DNA of 63,995 bases, filler included, from Octopus bimaculoides (lineage: Eukaryota): the NCBI RefSeq assembly GCF_001194135.2. It is 9 parts of 7 records of this genome, joined end to end, with 100 filler letters (N's around TTAATTAATTAA, not from the genome) between each part and the next. Parts side by side here need not be neighbours in the genome. Positions count along the whole stretch, not along the records: positions 32,466 to 42,125 come from NC_069007.1; positions 42,226 to 44,948 come from NC_068994.1; positions 45,049 to 59,249 come from NC_068996.1; 6 more parts are not named here. One strand, written 5' to 3'. Every line of letters begins with the position of its first letter. Position 1 is the stretch's first letter. This document shows, one piece after another, positions 39,774 through 52,818 of this stretch. The notes beneath the pieces were generated by a model that worked only from the letters and a program-made list of their open reading frames with translations, had not been told where the DNA came from and searched no databases. A program made the translations under genes and the position numbers.

Positions 39774-39980
39774 ATGCTTGTGCATCTGTCTTTGTCCCCC
39801 ACCATCGCTTGACAACCGATGCTGGTGTGTTTACGTCCCCGTTACTTAGCGGTTCGGCATGAGATACCGATAGAATAAGTACCAGGCTTACAAAGAATAA
39901 GTCCCAGGGTCGATTTGTTCGACTAAAGGTGGTGCTCCAGCATGGCCGCAGTCAAATGACAAACAAATAAAAGAATAAAA
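39481..39980 (+). mobile_element. SINE family A, full length
   Basis: tRNA-like head gtggctgtgtggtaag...ggttcagtccc, internal (TA)n(TG)n, tail ccagcatggccgcagtcaaatgac. Confidence 0.9.
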
Positions 39981-39989
39981 GATTATAAT

Positions 39990-40190
39990 AATAATAAGGC
40001 CAGAAATGCCGGGGAGGGAATAAGTCGATCGCTTCGACTCCCAGTACTTGACTGGTACTTAATTTATCTCCCCCGAAAGAATGAATTCGTAGTCCACCTC
40101 GGCGGAATTTGAACTCAGAACGTAAAGACGGGACGAAATACCGTTAAGCATTTTTCCCGGCACGCTAACGATTCTGTCGCCCTAGAAACG
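39990..40190 (-). mobile_element. SINE family D
   Basis: ctcggcggaatttgaactcagaacgta is a reverse-complement B-box region. Confidence 0.8.
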
Positions 40191-40226
<36 letters not shown>

Positions 40227-40290
40227 AGGAGGTAGAGGATTTCATTTTCCACCGGGACGACAGATGATAGGGAAGGGGTAATACAAAGAC

Positions 40291-40323
<33 letters not shown>

Positions 40324-41154
40324 GGAAATGAAAATCGCGGTTGTGTGTGTGTGTGTGTGCGCGCAGAAAAGAGCCCGAAATTGCTAGTTGTACGTGACAT
40401 TGGTAGAAGATATTAGGCAAGTGTCTAATATAATGAGTAAATAAAGAATTTGTATTCATACAGTTTGTATGGTTCATTGATAAGCTGAACTCTAGCTTTT
40501 GATAACAAAAAAAAAAGGAGAAACGAAAGAAAAGGCTTTCACGATAGAAAATATATTGAAGCAGTCTTGGGAGAGATGGGAAGGTTTACGGTTAGAGACA
40601 AGACGAGGATGGGAGGAGTGAAGAAGGGGATGGAGGAGGAGGTGAAAGAGAAAAGAGAGGAGGGGAGGAAGATGGAGAAGGAGAGTAGGAGAACGGTAAG
40701 TGTGAGTGGAGGTAGGGTTCAGAGTGTAAGTGACGAGTCTGAGATGGGGATGAAGTATTAAAAATGCTGTTGATGCTGTTGTTGTTGTTGTTGTGCTGGT
40801 GGTTTATGCTTGTGGTGATTGTCTAACCCCAGGTTATACTTGATCGAGCAAACCTAAACTCCATGATCAAAAGCGTTCCTGTGCCATGACCACCCCGTTC
40901 TATATTTTCCTGCGTGTAGAAAACAACACCAGTGGGTACTGAGAAGTCCTTGGTTTTTGGTAAAAGAAAATACAGGAGGATCAGTTATGATCTTATTCAA
41001 CATATTCCCCTCTCAAATTCACACACTTATTGGAGCGGTCCCTCAGTTTTTCTAAGCCCTGTAAAAGAACTTGGAAGTTTTGGCCTCCAACCAAGCATTT
41101 CGCAATACCTTTTGGCTGGGAAGCAAGTTTCTTGCCACACAGCCATGCTTGCAG

Positions 41155-41198
<44 letters not shown>

Positions 41199-41779
41199 CA
41201 ATTTTAAATTCAAAACAATTTTTATCTCTTTAAAACAGTTTATATTTAACTTTCCAACGACAGTTGCAATTCGTCTGCCCTTTGGTACTTAAATTTCTCT
41301 TTACATTGCTTTGTATTAAGCAAATAAACAGACATGGTTTCTCGTTCCGTTAAAAAGACTCCGTTTTCCACCAATTCGTGTCTATTAAATCTCTGGTCAT
41401 ATGGAGACATATATCTATACAAGGATATATCTAATCTTACTTCCATTTCTTGGTTTATACTTATTAACACTAGTACCACCATCATTAGCAACTATTAGCC
41501 TGTTGAATGACATCCTAACAGGCTAAACAATCCAGTGAAATATCAGAAATAGGAAGGACTCTATCGCCCAAATCACTTGGTTGCGGTAAACAAATTGTGA
41601 CGACTTAGCGCTCGCTACTAACAGCGCCGACCTGGTGTCAGATTAATAAACTGATTGTGGCAGATTAAGACAAAAACCTACTGGATCAATGGAGGTATTG
41701 GGACATGGATTGTTGAAGTAAATGAGACCAATAGACAACACACAAGCACATACACATCAACTGATACACACACATACAT

Positions 41780-41945
41780 ACACTGGCACTGCGTCGGTTA
41801 GGACGACGAGTGTTCCAGTTGATATGATCAACGGAACAGTTTGCTTGTGAAATTAACGTGCAAGTGACTGAGTACTCCACAGACATACGTACCGTTAACG
41901 TAGTTCTTACAGAGATCCAGCGTGACACAGAATGTTTACATTCAG
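41780..41945 (-). mobile_element. SINE family C 3' part
   Basis: Matches 25505-25655. Confidence 0.75.
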
Positions 41946-42067
41946 TGTGACATCGTTTACAATCGTGTTCCCAATTCACATTTTGACCAATTTCATGTCA
42001 TGTTCATTAACGAGTCAACAATTACAGACTTTATCCTGTGCACCGTGTAAACGATCTTTTCCAGCGC

Positions 42068-42125
<58 letters not shown>

Positions 42126-42224
42126 NNNNNNNNNNNNNNNNNNNNNNNNNNNNNNNNNNNNNNNNNNNNTTAATTAATTAANNNNNNNNNNNNNNNNNNN
42201 NNNNNNNNNNNNNNNNNNNNNNNN

Positions 42225-42610
42225 NTAACAGCTTGATGCCTCTGTAATTATTAGTATCTAAAGCGTCACCTTTACCTTTGTAGCAGTTTACTATGGTGCT
42301 GCTACACCAGTCATTGGGTATGACTCCTTCATGTATCACCCGGTTCGTAATACGGGTGACTAGGCTGTAGCCAACACTGCCAGATATTTTGAGCATCTCT
42401 GCAGTGATTCCTGATGGGCCAGGGGCTTTCCCTGTCTTCATACTCTTAATTGCTTTATCTACCCTGGTACTGTCAACTCGGATAGCTGGTCCCTCTGTTG
42501 GGTCGACATAAGGCAGGCTCTCTTTCTCCCATTCATTCTCTTTATTAAGCAATCTATCGTAGTGGCATCTCCAGACCTCTTTCTTTGCAGCCTCATTTAG
42601 TGCAATTTAC
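42225..42610 (-). mobile_element. RTE-clade LINE fragment
   Basis: KTGKAPGPSGITAEMLK, IPNDW and NYRGIKLL; paralogous to 6560-6917. Confidence 0.92.
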
Positions 42611-42689
42611 ATCATAAGTGTTTTTTCGTTGTAAGTTTTCTTTTTAGTTGATTTTCACCTAGCAAGACTTATCGTAGATGGCGTAATAA

Positions 42690-42724
42690 GTCACACCCGA
42701 ACAACGTTGGGTTATACTGCTAGT
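42690..42724 (+). mobile_element. Helitron-like 3' terminus
   Basis: Hairpin acccgaacaacgttgggt followed by tatactg-CTAG-T. Confidence 0.55.
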
Positions 42725-42895
42725 ATATATATATTACAGTTATGTGGAAGCAGGTGATACAGGAAAGTGTAGCATTGAGGATAAAACATTTGTGGAGTAA
42801 ATAATGGGCTAATTCGACTAAGTGACATGTCATGCATCCGTTTGGAGTATTCCAGGCCCTAACTTGTCATGGAAAATTGTGGGAAGAGAAGATGT

Positions 42896-43295
42896 GCATG
42901 CCTTTGCTGATCTTCAGAAAGTCTCATCTCGCTTCTCTCTTCAGACACCAATTGACGTGCTGCAGCATGTATTTGCTGATGTTGGGAAAGTCTCATCTCC
43001 CTTCTCTCTTGAGACTCCATTTGACATGCTGCAGCATGCCTTTGCTGATCTTGAGAAAGCCTCATCTCACTTCTATCTTGAGATTCCATTTGATATGCTG
43101 CTGCATGCGATTGATGGTGGGAATGTCTCATCTCTCTTTTTTTCTTGACTTCTCCATTTGACGTGCTGCAGCATGCATTTGCTGATCTTGGGAAAGTCTC
43201 ATTCCCTTCAGTATTGAGACTCCATATTATGTGCTGCAGTATGCCTTTGCTAATCTTGGGAAAGCCTCATCTCCCTTCTCTATTGAGACTCCATT
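42896..43295 (-). repeat. 69-bp tandem array (~5.8 units) encoding STPR-like 23-aa repeats
   Basis: Minus frame unit MESQERREMRLSQDQQRHAAACQ; E-S-x-E-x-R-x-x-R-L pattern; some units carry stops or indels. Confidence 0.75.
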
Positions 43296-43679
43296 AATTT
43301 AAGGGTAAATATGTAATTGTAAATACCTTGCAAACTTGCAACTGCTGCGATAATTATGAACTGGTAACTGAATGGTAAATGTGTATTTGTATATACCTTA
43401 GACCTGCCACTTAATTGTTTTTTGTCAAGAGTTTCACCTCCAGCTGTTCATTATGTCACTTAGTATAGATACACTGATATTTCATTCTGCAGTTATGGCG
43501 GTAAAGATGGAAAGCTGCCGATGCATAATTTTGTTCACATTAGGATATAAATTATTCATTTATTTATCACAGTAGAATTAAAATTGAAAAAATAAAAGTG
43601 TAACAGTATTATATGACATTACAATATAGATCTTATTCTTTCACTTTTGACACATAATACTGAAGCAGCGCCAATGTTA

Positions 43680-43829
43680 TATTGTTTTAATCCAAATGAA
43701 AAAAAAAATACATGTTGAAACTCATGGGGTCTGATATTATTAACTTGTAAAACTTTGATTTGATTTGGTCGAGCCGTTTGAGAATGCATTAGGAACAGAC
43801 AGACAGACAAAGAATTTTATACATATAGA
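43680..43829 (-). mobile_element. Helitron-like 5' terminus
   Basis: Reverse complement TCTATATGTATAAAATTC...gtctgtctgtc...atgcatt...cgaccaaatc; similar end at ~44520-44680. Confidence 0.45.
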
Positions 43830-44782
43830 AGACAAGGAAGTCAACTTGTAGACAGAACTTACAAACTTGAGCCACTTTAGGACAGCTTTTTCTAACGCAT
43901 AACTGCTCAGTGGCATGATTGAAGTCTCATTGGTTAGTACTAAAGGCTTATTGGCTGTATGTGGATCATAGTGGTCATATGTGCACATGCACAATGTTTT
44001 GCAATAGAGGGAGAAATATAAATAGTGTATTTAAATAGACAGAGTGCAAAAAATTTTTAATAAAGTAATGTTGTAGACAGAACGTACAAATATCGTAAAG
44101 ACTAAAATATTTATGCACAACAAAACTGAAATACACTGAAGTCAGTTTTTAGGCAGATGTGGCAAAACTGAATTTAAACACACTGAGTGAACAAAAATTA
44201 AAAAGAACTCAATTGTTTTTCAGGGAGAACATACAAGAACCAAAACAACAGAGATTTTTATGCATGACTAATTGAAATACATAAAATTCAATTTGTGGAC
44301 AGAAGTTACTAAGTGTGTGGGTGAGAGAGAGAGTGTGAATGAAAGAAACAGACATAGACTAAAAAAGAGGAACTATTACAGAGGGTGAGAGAGAATATGT
44401 GTAAGCAAGAAAAAAAGAGAATGAGAAAAGGAGAGAAAAGCGAGAAATAAACAGAGAGAATAAGGAGAGAATCAGTTGAAAACTGCAGAAGTTTTCATAG
44501 AAAAACCCGTATAAAACACCGTTTTCCTCAGTTACTTACTTTATGTGGGAGCACTGGGCAAAACGACCATCCTTGGCACATAAGTTGTGTGTGTGTAAAG
44601 TTTGGTGAAAATCGGTTAAACACTGTAGAAATGCATACGTACTAGACACACAGACATCCTTTGTTTTATATATATATATGTTAAATCTCTGAACGAGGTA
44701 TTAACAGTAACTGCACAATAAAGTGAAGTATATTTGCCATTTAAATGTGGCTGACCCCTAAGGGTGGATGTTACTGTTGCTA

Positions 44783-44946
44783 TTAGCCCCAGGAGAACAT
44801 CTCCTCCAGCTGGCTTATCGACACACATCTGTGTCCTGTCTATTTTTGCCAAGGGAAGTTATCCCTCCCATCTTGGTCTGCGATACGTACAGACCCGAGT
44901 TTCAGGGTTATTTCCCTTCTTCAGCGAGATGTTCTCCTGGGGCTAA
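44783..44946. repeat. 164-bp unit with perfect 21-bp terminal inverted repeats
   Basis: ttagccccaggagaacatctc (44783-44803) / gagatgttctcctggggctaa (44926-44946). Confidence 0.85.
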
Positions 44947-45048
44947 AANNNNNNNNNNNNNNNNNNNNNNNNNNNNNNNNNNNNNNNNNNNNTTAATTAA
45001 TTAANNNNNNNNNNNNNNNNNNNNNNNNNNNNNNNNNNNNNNNNNNNN

Positions 45049-45255
45049 GGTGGTGATGGTGGTGGTGGTGATGGTGGTGTTGGTGGTGGTGGTGGTGGTG
45101 GTGATGGTGGTGGTGATGCTGTTTATGTTGTTGCCATTATGGTTGTTGTTGGTGCTATTGATGGTGGTAGTAGTAGTGATGATGGTAGTGGTGGTGGTGG
45201 TGCTTAGAGACATTGTTGGTTGTAGTTGGAGTAGTGGTGATAGTGGTAGGAGTGC

Positions 45256-45286
<31 letters not shown>

Positions 45287-45380
45287 GCTATCGTTGTTGT
45301 TGTTGCTGCCACTGCCACCACCACCCACCTACCACCGCTGCTGGTTGTGGTGGTTGTGATGCTGGTGTCGGTGGTACTAT
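45049..45380. repeat. GGT/GTT low-complexity tract
   Basis: Direct reading. Confidence 0.9.
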
Positions 45381-45995
45381 GGTTAATGCAATGATATTAG
45401 CGTGGGAACACATGCAGATAAATCATAAGGATAGCAGGAAAGGCAGGAAGGAGAGAAGAAAGAAGCTAATTTATTCTCTTTATTTCAGTTTAGTTTTTTT
45501 ATTTTTCTATGTGTGTGCATGTTTGTTAATTAATGTAATAAACGAATGGAGGTTTAGATGTTATTAAAAGAACGGTAACCAGGATTCATAATGGTTAATG
45601 GTTAATGGTTAATAGAATGAAAGTGGTAACTATGGCAACAAGTTGTGAAGGAAATATAAAGTAATAAGTCTGGTTAAAAAGAGAAACAAAGAAAGGGTGA
45701 GGGAATGGTTACCAAATAAGGAAATATTAATTAGGGAAATTGTAGAAATATGGAACGAGGAAGGTTAATTAAGAATTTCTTTAGATTATGGATTAAGCTT
45801 TGTATGTGTGCATGGGTAAGAGGTGAATGTGTGTTTGTTGGGGTTAGGGTTAGTATATGCATGTGTGTGTGTGTGGAGAGGTGCATGTGTGTGTGTGAGT
45901 GCATGTTCGTGTGCATGTGTGCATGCATGCATATGTGTGTGTATGTGTGTTTTGTATGTTGTGAGATTTGTGTGTTGTGTGTTGTGTGTATGTGT

Positions 45996-46032
<37 letters not shown>

Positions 46033-46040
46033 TGTGTGTG

Positions 46041-46104
<64 letters not shown>

Positions 46105-47639
46105 TTTTGTTATTGTTTAGCAGCGTGTCCACATTTTTATTTTATATTCTAATGGTATGAACAAAAGAGAAATGATAATGTTCATGGCCCCTTTCAGAGC
46201 CTCTGAGGCTGTTGTGTAGGAATTATTCCTAGACCAAACTATTCCTGCTGTTGCTGTTGTTGATGTTATTGTTGTTAAGCCGATGGATCATCCTTGATTC
46301 AGTAGATCCATTGTGGAAAGACGATCCATGATCACGCAAGCATTTTCCGAAAGGTACAGGTAAAGTAATCTTGAGTATGACTTTAAACTGCATCTGGTAG
46401 TGAGGCCCTGGTTCAAGAGATCCAAGGTTCTGAAGATTGTGGGGCCATCTCTTGGCCACTATTGTTCCTAGGTCTACTCTGAGTAGTGGCACCTGTCAGG
46501 GCCTCATTTATCAGTTAACTGGCATGTAACCACCTGAGCCAGCATGTTGAAATCATAGTATGCAGAACGATGGATGTGAACTATTTCAGAAGATAAATTT
46601 ATTGGATTGATGGTAAATATCACTAGATGCTGATCAGATAGAAAGATAACAATCAGTCAACAGCCAGAATAAACCAGTTCAGTTAGCAAATTACTATTAT
46701 CATCAATAAACATGGTATGTGCAGATGAGATATTTCAGCAAATATGAGACCAATATGATATATTGGTTTGGGTGAGTCACCCAATTTGGATGGATGGTCA
46801 GTAAAGGATCTCAGGCATTCATCTGTCTTAACAATGAGTAACTCCAGTTAATCGATCAACTGAAATACCTATTCACTGAGTGGCTGAGTATTTCAAAGAT
46901 ACATGTACCCTTAATGTAATCTTCAGGAAAATAAAGCTTGACACAGTATGTAATGAAGTTTACCTTTGAACTACAAGTGTAAACTAGCAAAAAGCACTCC
47001 CCACCCCTAATTTCCATCTACCCAATTCCAGTCACAAGATTTAAGTTGACCCCAGGTTACATTACAAGACATTTGTCCAAGATATCGTGCAGTGCAATCA
47101 AACTCAAGACCTTATTATTTTAAGCAAACTTCATAACCACTAGACCACATGTCCTAAGGTATATTGTATCCATGAGAACATTATTCTGAATGCACGCACA
47201 ATTTTCTGGATATATGTAATTTTCATCATTAATTAAGACAGCAGATTGCTGTTTGAATGCTATTTGACTGTTATTTCTAGTAATCACATGCAAGTTTCAT
47301 TGATTGCTGTTTAGCTTCACATCAGTCCTAACCTAGGTAAAAGTTATTCCAGCCTATAATCAAAGTTATTCCAACCATGACTGTTCTGATTTTTTTGTTA
47401 TCTTGGTTTGCATTGACCAATATGTCCTTTCTTTTCTTTAAGACCAGAGGCTGTTATTTAAGGAAGATTTGGCTTCTATTTCTCGCATTTTGAGTGGCCA
47501 CCCTCTATAGAGGTGGGGAAAACCTGCTGTATCAAAATTTCATCCACATCCAAATCTGAAAATGTCATCTTGTAATCTAAACATTCATTGTTTTTACCAG
47601 TGTCAGCATTGTCATCATTATCATTCTAACATTCACTTT

Positions 47640-47885
47640 TCAGTGCTTCTTATTTCTTTATTGCCCACAAGGGGCTAAACATAGAGGAGACAAACAAGGA
47701 CAGACAAAGGGATTAAGTCGATTATATCGACCCCAGTGCATAACTGGTACTTAATTTATTGACCTCGAAAGGATGAAAGGCAAAGTCAACCTCAGCGGAC
47801 TTTGAACTCAGAACGTAGCAGCAGACGAAACACTGCCAACCATTTTGCCCGGGCGTGCTAACGTTTCTGCCAGCTCACCATTTCT
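47640..47885 (-). mobile_element. SINE family D, near full length
   Basis: gaaaggatgaaaggcaaagtcaacctcagcggactttgaactcagaacgta. Confidence 0.82.
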
Positions 47886-48424
47886 ATGGGGCAACAGAAT
47901 TCATTGAGGCAGATTTTCTATGGCCAGATATCCTTCTTGTTGCCAACCTTCACCTGTTTCCAAGCAAAGGTATGATGGTAACACTTGTTTATGACTATCG
48001 CATAATGTCCAAAGCAAGGAGACAGTAACACACACAAAAATGCACACACACACACACACACATATATGTGAACTTATGTGATATACGTATGCATGTGTGT
48101 GTATGAATATACCATTTTTTTAATCCTTTACTTGTTTTAGTCATTAGACCCTTCAAGGTATTGAGGGATTTAGTTGAATAAACCAATCCCTGTGCTTTTA
48201 TTCTTTTTTAACCTGGTAGTTATTCTATCAGTTTTTTTTTTGCTGAACAGCTAGATTATGGGGACATAAACAAACTAACATCAGTTGTCAAGTGGTGGTG
48301 GTTGGGAGACAAGCAATACACAAAGACACACGCACACACACACATGCACACACGCGCGTACGCACATGCGCACACAAACTCATGCATGCATGCATGTGAT
48401 AGACTTGTATATTTTTCTTTTATC

Positions 48425-49050
48425 TTTTACTTGTTTCAGTCATTGGGCTGTGGCCATGCTGGGGCACTGCCTTGAGTTCAGTGGAACAAACTGACCTCAG
48501 TACTTAAGCTTAGTACTTATTCTATCAAGTTACGGGGACATAAATAAACCAACACCAGTTGTCAAGTGGTGATGGGGGGACAAGCACATATACAAAGACA
48601 CTCCCGCACAAACACACACATACACATACGTAATATATACGACAGGCTTCTTTCAGTTCCCATTAAGCAAATCCACTCATGAGGGGCTATAGTAGAAGAC
48701 ATTTACCCAAGGTGCCAAGCAGGACTGAACTTAGAGCCATGTGGTTAAAAAGCAAACTTCTTACCACTCGACCATATCTGCATCTATGTGTCTGTGTGTG
48801 TGTGTGAGTGTGTGTGTGTGTGTGTGTATGTGTGAGTGTGTGTGTGTGTGTGTATGTATATGTGTGCACATGTATGTGTGATAGGGTTCTTTCAATTTCT
48901 GTATACTTTGTATACCAAATCTACCCACAAGGCTTTGGTTCACTTGAGATCATAGTTGAAGACACTTACCCAAGGTGCCACATACTGAGATTGAACATGG
49001 AATTATATGGTTGGGAAGCAGACTTCTTAACCACACACGTCACACCTATT
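48425..49050 (-). mobile_element. Degenerate family A SINE copies
   Basis: Reverse-complement tail, microsatellite and two heads. Confidence 0.7.
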
Positions 49051-49515
49051 CAAAACAGTAATCTAATATAAAATGCAAGCTTTTTTCTTACAGCACAGAT
49101 GCTGTCTCGCAGGTTCTCATGCACTTGCAATTTTTTCGTTGGCACTAAAAATATTTTCTGGCTCTGTATACGATGACATAGGAACCGTGATTCTTCAGTT
49201 GTCATCATCTTTATGTCACTTGCCTCAGTCACTATATCAACAAACTGCTGCAAACCTAACTAATTAAATACTTTTCCATAAGCTGTCATCAGTTTGCAGG
49301 CTAAGAAAGATGGTATTCCCAGCTTAGAGCTTTCAGACATGAGAGAAGTGGAAAGAAGGTGTATATCATTGTATGTGATATTTAAACATCAGCTAGGTAA
49401 CAAGACATATTTTGGGCCATTCGTATTAATAAATAGATAAATGGGCCATTCATATTAATAAATAGATAAATAAATGTACATATACATACACATATACATA
49501 CGTATACGTATATGT

Positions 49516-49925
49516 ACAGGAGCAAGAGTAGCTGTGTGGTAAGTAGCTTGCTTACCAGCCACATGGTTCTGGGTTCAGTCCCACTGCGTGGCACCTTCAG
49601 CAAGTGTCTTCTACTATAGCCTCGGGCCGACCAAAGCCTTGTGAGTGGATTTGGTAGACGGAAACTGAAAGAAGCCCGTCGTATATATGTATATGTATAT
49701 ATATGTGTGTGTGTTTGTGTCTCTGTGTTTGTCCCCCCAACATCGATTGACAACCGATGCTGGTGTGTTTACGTCTTCCGTAACATAGCAGTTCGGCAAA
49801 AGAGACTGATAGAATAAGTACTAGGCTTACAAAGAATAAGTCCTGGGGTCGATTTGCTCGACTAAAGGCGGTGCTCCAGCATGGCCGCAGTCAAATGACT
49901 GAAACAAGTAAAAGAGTAAAAGAGT
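49516..49925 (+). mobile_element. SINE family A, full length
   Basis: Near-identical to 57238-57675. Confidence 0.92.
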
Positions 49926-50000
49926 ATATATATATATATATACACATATATATATAGATATATATATATGTATATAGATATATATATATGTATATATATA

Positions 50001-50070
<70 letters not shown>

Positions 50071-50279
50071 ATTGTGTATATATAATGTATATTTATGTAT
50101 TATATATATAATATATATATTCAGCAGTATCAGTGCCAAGTGGTGTTTAGGAATAAGCAAACTTTAGATTAGTTAGAATATGTTTGTGACATATTTCAAC
50201 TTCAAAAGGCAAATTCATTGCCGTTAGCGTGGAGAAAAAATTCATTCTTATGGTAAAAGGTGTAAAAAAAAAACATATT

Positions 50280-51240
50280 TGCCCAGTGTGAACTTTGTAT
50301 TTTCCAAATTTAATAGATTCTATTGTCAGAATTAAATTTTTTTCCATGAATGCCTGTTTTGAAATTGATAACCATTCTGTTGATAATATGAAGCAGTGGA
50401 ATTGCAAACATGAAAAAAGATTCCATTTATTCTTCGCATGCGTTCTCAATTGTTGTCAGTTTTGTACCATAAACTTTATCTTTTTAGTCTTTCCAGGAAT
50501 GAGACAACATTTCTGGAGCTGGTGGTGGTAGTGGTGGCAGTTTAAGTTTAAGGTAGTGGTGTAAGTTTAAGTCCAGCAGAAGCTGGACTTAAACTTACAG
50601 GAGACTTGTATTCTATCCAGAAGTGAGTCTTGACTAACATTTCCTTTCCACTTTAGAAAACCCATCAGGATAGCCTGAGTTTCCCAAGGCCTCGACTGAC
50701 GCAACAATATATATAACAATCTGTTTTTTGCATCATAAGAATTCTATAAATTTTTGAGAGAAATTGAAATAACTCTCTTCTGGAACAATATATTTCAAAG
50801 CACACTACATACAGTAATAAAGGATAACATGGAAATATTGGGTNNNNNNNNNNGGTAGTGGTGGCAGTTTAAGTTTAAGGTAGTGGTGTAAGTTTAAGTC
50901 CAGCAGAAGCTGGACTTAAACTTACAGGAGACTTGTATTCTATCCAGAAGTGAGTCTTGACTAACATTTCCTTTCCACTTTAGAAAACCCATCAGGATAG
51001 CCTGAGTTTCCCAAGGCCTCGACTGACGCAACAATATATATAACAATCTGTTTTTTGCATCATAAGAATTCTATAAATTTTTGAGAGAAATTGAAATAAC
51101 TCTCTTCTGGAACAATATATTTCAAAGCACACTACATACAGTAATAAAGGATAACATGGAAATATTGGGTTGAAAAACCGTTTTGGTCAGAGAAAGTTGA
51201 ACTGCCTATGGGACTAGTACCCACATCTGTAGACATGAAA
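50280..51240. repeat. AT-rich dispersed repeat, copy 1, carrying a 212-bp insertion
   Basis: Colinear with 56660-57080 apart from the insert at 50508-50719 and an assembly duplication. Confidence 0.85.
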
Positions 51241-51784
51241 ACTGTGCCCATGCTGGGGCACCACATTGAAGAATTTTTAGTCAAATGGATCGATCTTAGT
51301 ACTTTTTTAAAGCCTGATATTTGTTCTATTAGCCACTTTTGCCAAACCTCTGAGCACACCAACATTGGTTGTCAAATGGTGGCGAGGGACAAATACAGAC
51401 ACACACACATACAGACATAAACACACAGACACACACATTTGTTATGGTCTTTTTCCAGTTTCTGTCTGTCAGATCTACTCACAAGGCTTTGGTCAGCTTG
51501 AGGCTACAGTAGAAGACACTTAATCAAGATGCCATGCAGTAAGACTGAATTCGGAATCATGTGGTTTGGGAGCAAACCTCTTACCACATAGCCATTCCTG
51601 TATGGCTATGTGGTAAGAACAAAGGTTTGAGAGGAACATTAATGACATCAATCTCATCAGTCTAGATGGGATTGCAAAAGCTTTGGGCACTGCCCATTCC
51701 TTCAGACCCAGCAAGTTAGAAAATATAATGACTATTTTATCCTATCTCATTTAGAGGAGAAAATTGGGATAAGAAAGGGAAATT

Positions 51785-51840
<56 letters not shown>

Positions 51841-52030
51841 TATTATCATCGTTTAACGTCTGTCTTCCATGTATGCATGCGTGGGTAGGATGGTTGACAG
51901 GAGCTGGCCAGGTAGCAAACTACCCTAGGCTACTGTGTCTGTTTTAGGAAGGTTTCTACGGCTGGATGCCCTTCCTAACACCAACCACTGCAGATTAGAC
52001 TCAGTGCTTTCTATGTGGCACTAACACAGG
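51785..52030 (-). mobile_element. RTE-type 3' tail (family B)
   Basis: (CAT)n + cgtttaacgtctgtcttccatg...ggatgcccttcctaacaccaaccact. Confidence 0.78.
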
Positions 52031-52232
52031 CAAGGTTAGTTTTGGAAATACAATAAAAAAAACCCCAAAAATCTTGTTTTAAATGTTACAAAGCCTCTTA
52101 GGAGTAGCAGCCAAAATATATCAAATTTCATCTTACTGTCTTAAAAAAGGAAGGACACATTGGACAGTATTGTCTCTGGACTACCAAATGATCAGATAGT
52201 CATGGTTGGTGCACTTTTGGTCACAAAGTCTG

Positions 52233-52395
52233 TGCAGGAGTGGCTGTGTGGTAAGTAGCTTGCTTACCAACCACATGGTTCCGGGTTCAGTCCCACTGCA
52301 TGGCACCTTGGGCAAGTGTCTTCTTCTATAGCCTCGGTCCGACCAAAGCCTTGTGAGTGGATTTGGTAGACGGAAACTGAAAGAAGCCCATTGTA

Positions 52396-52437
<42 letters not shown>

Positions 52438-52551
52438 TTAGGGACAAAATCCAAAATTACAGGTAAAAACTCAATTAAAATCAATTTTTTTTTCTATATG
52501 TGATAGTGGATTTTCATCGATGAGTTCTTGAAACTTGGTTATTTTCCCTAA

Positions 52552-52609
<58 letters not shown>

Positions 52610-52818
52610 ATATGTTTGTGTGTCTGTGTTTGTCATCCCAACATCGCATGACAACCGATGCTGGTGTGTTTACATCCCCGTAACTTAGCGGTTCGGCAAA
52701 AGAGAGCAATAGAATAAGTACTAGACTTACAAAGTCGATTTGCTCGACTAAAGGCGGTGCTCCAACATGGCTGAAGTCACATGACTGAAACAAGTAAAAG
52801 TATAAAAGAGTAAAAGAG
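52233..52818 (+). mobile_element. SINE family A with an insertion in its internal microsatellite
   Basis: Head and tail intact; about 115 bp of unrelated sequence at 52440-52555. Confidence 0.88.

Noticed and set aside
42822-43148. Plus-strand HAFADLEK repeats resembling the RT motif AFVDLEKAFD
   Set aside because: No flanking RT context; the minus-strand STPR-like reading fits the 23-aa period better
50527-51170. Exact 317-bp tandem duplication around a 10-N gap
   Set aside because: Identical copies on either side of a placeholder gap indicate unmerged overlapping contig ends
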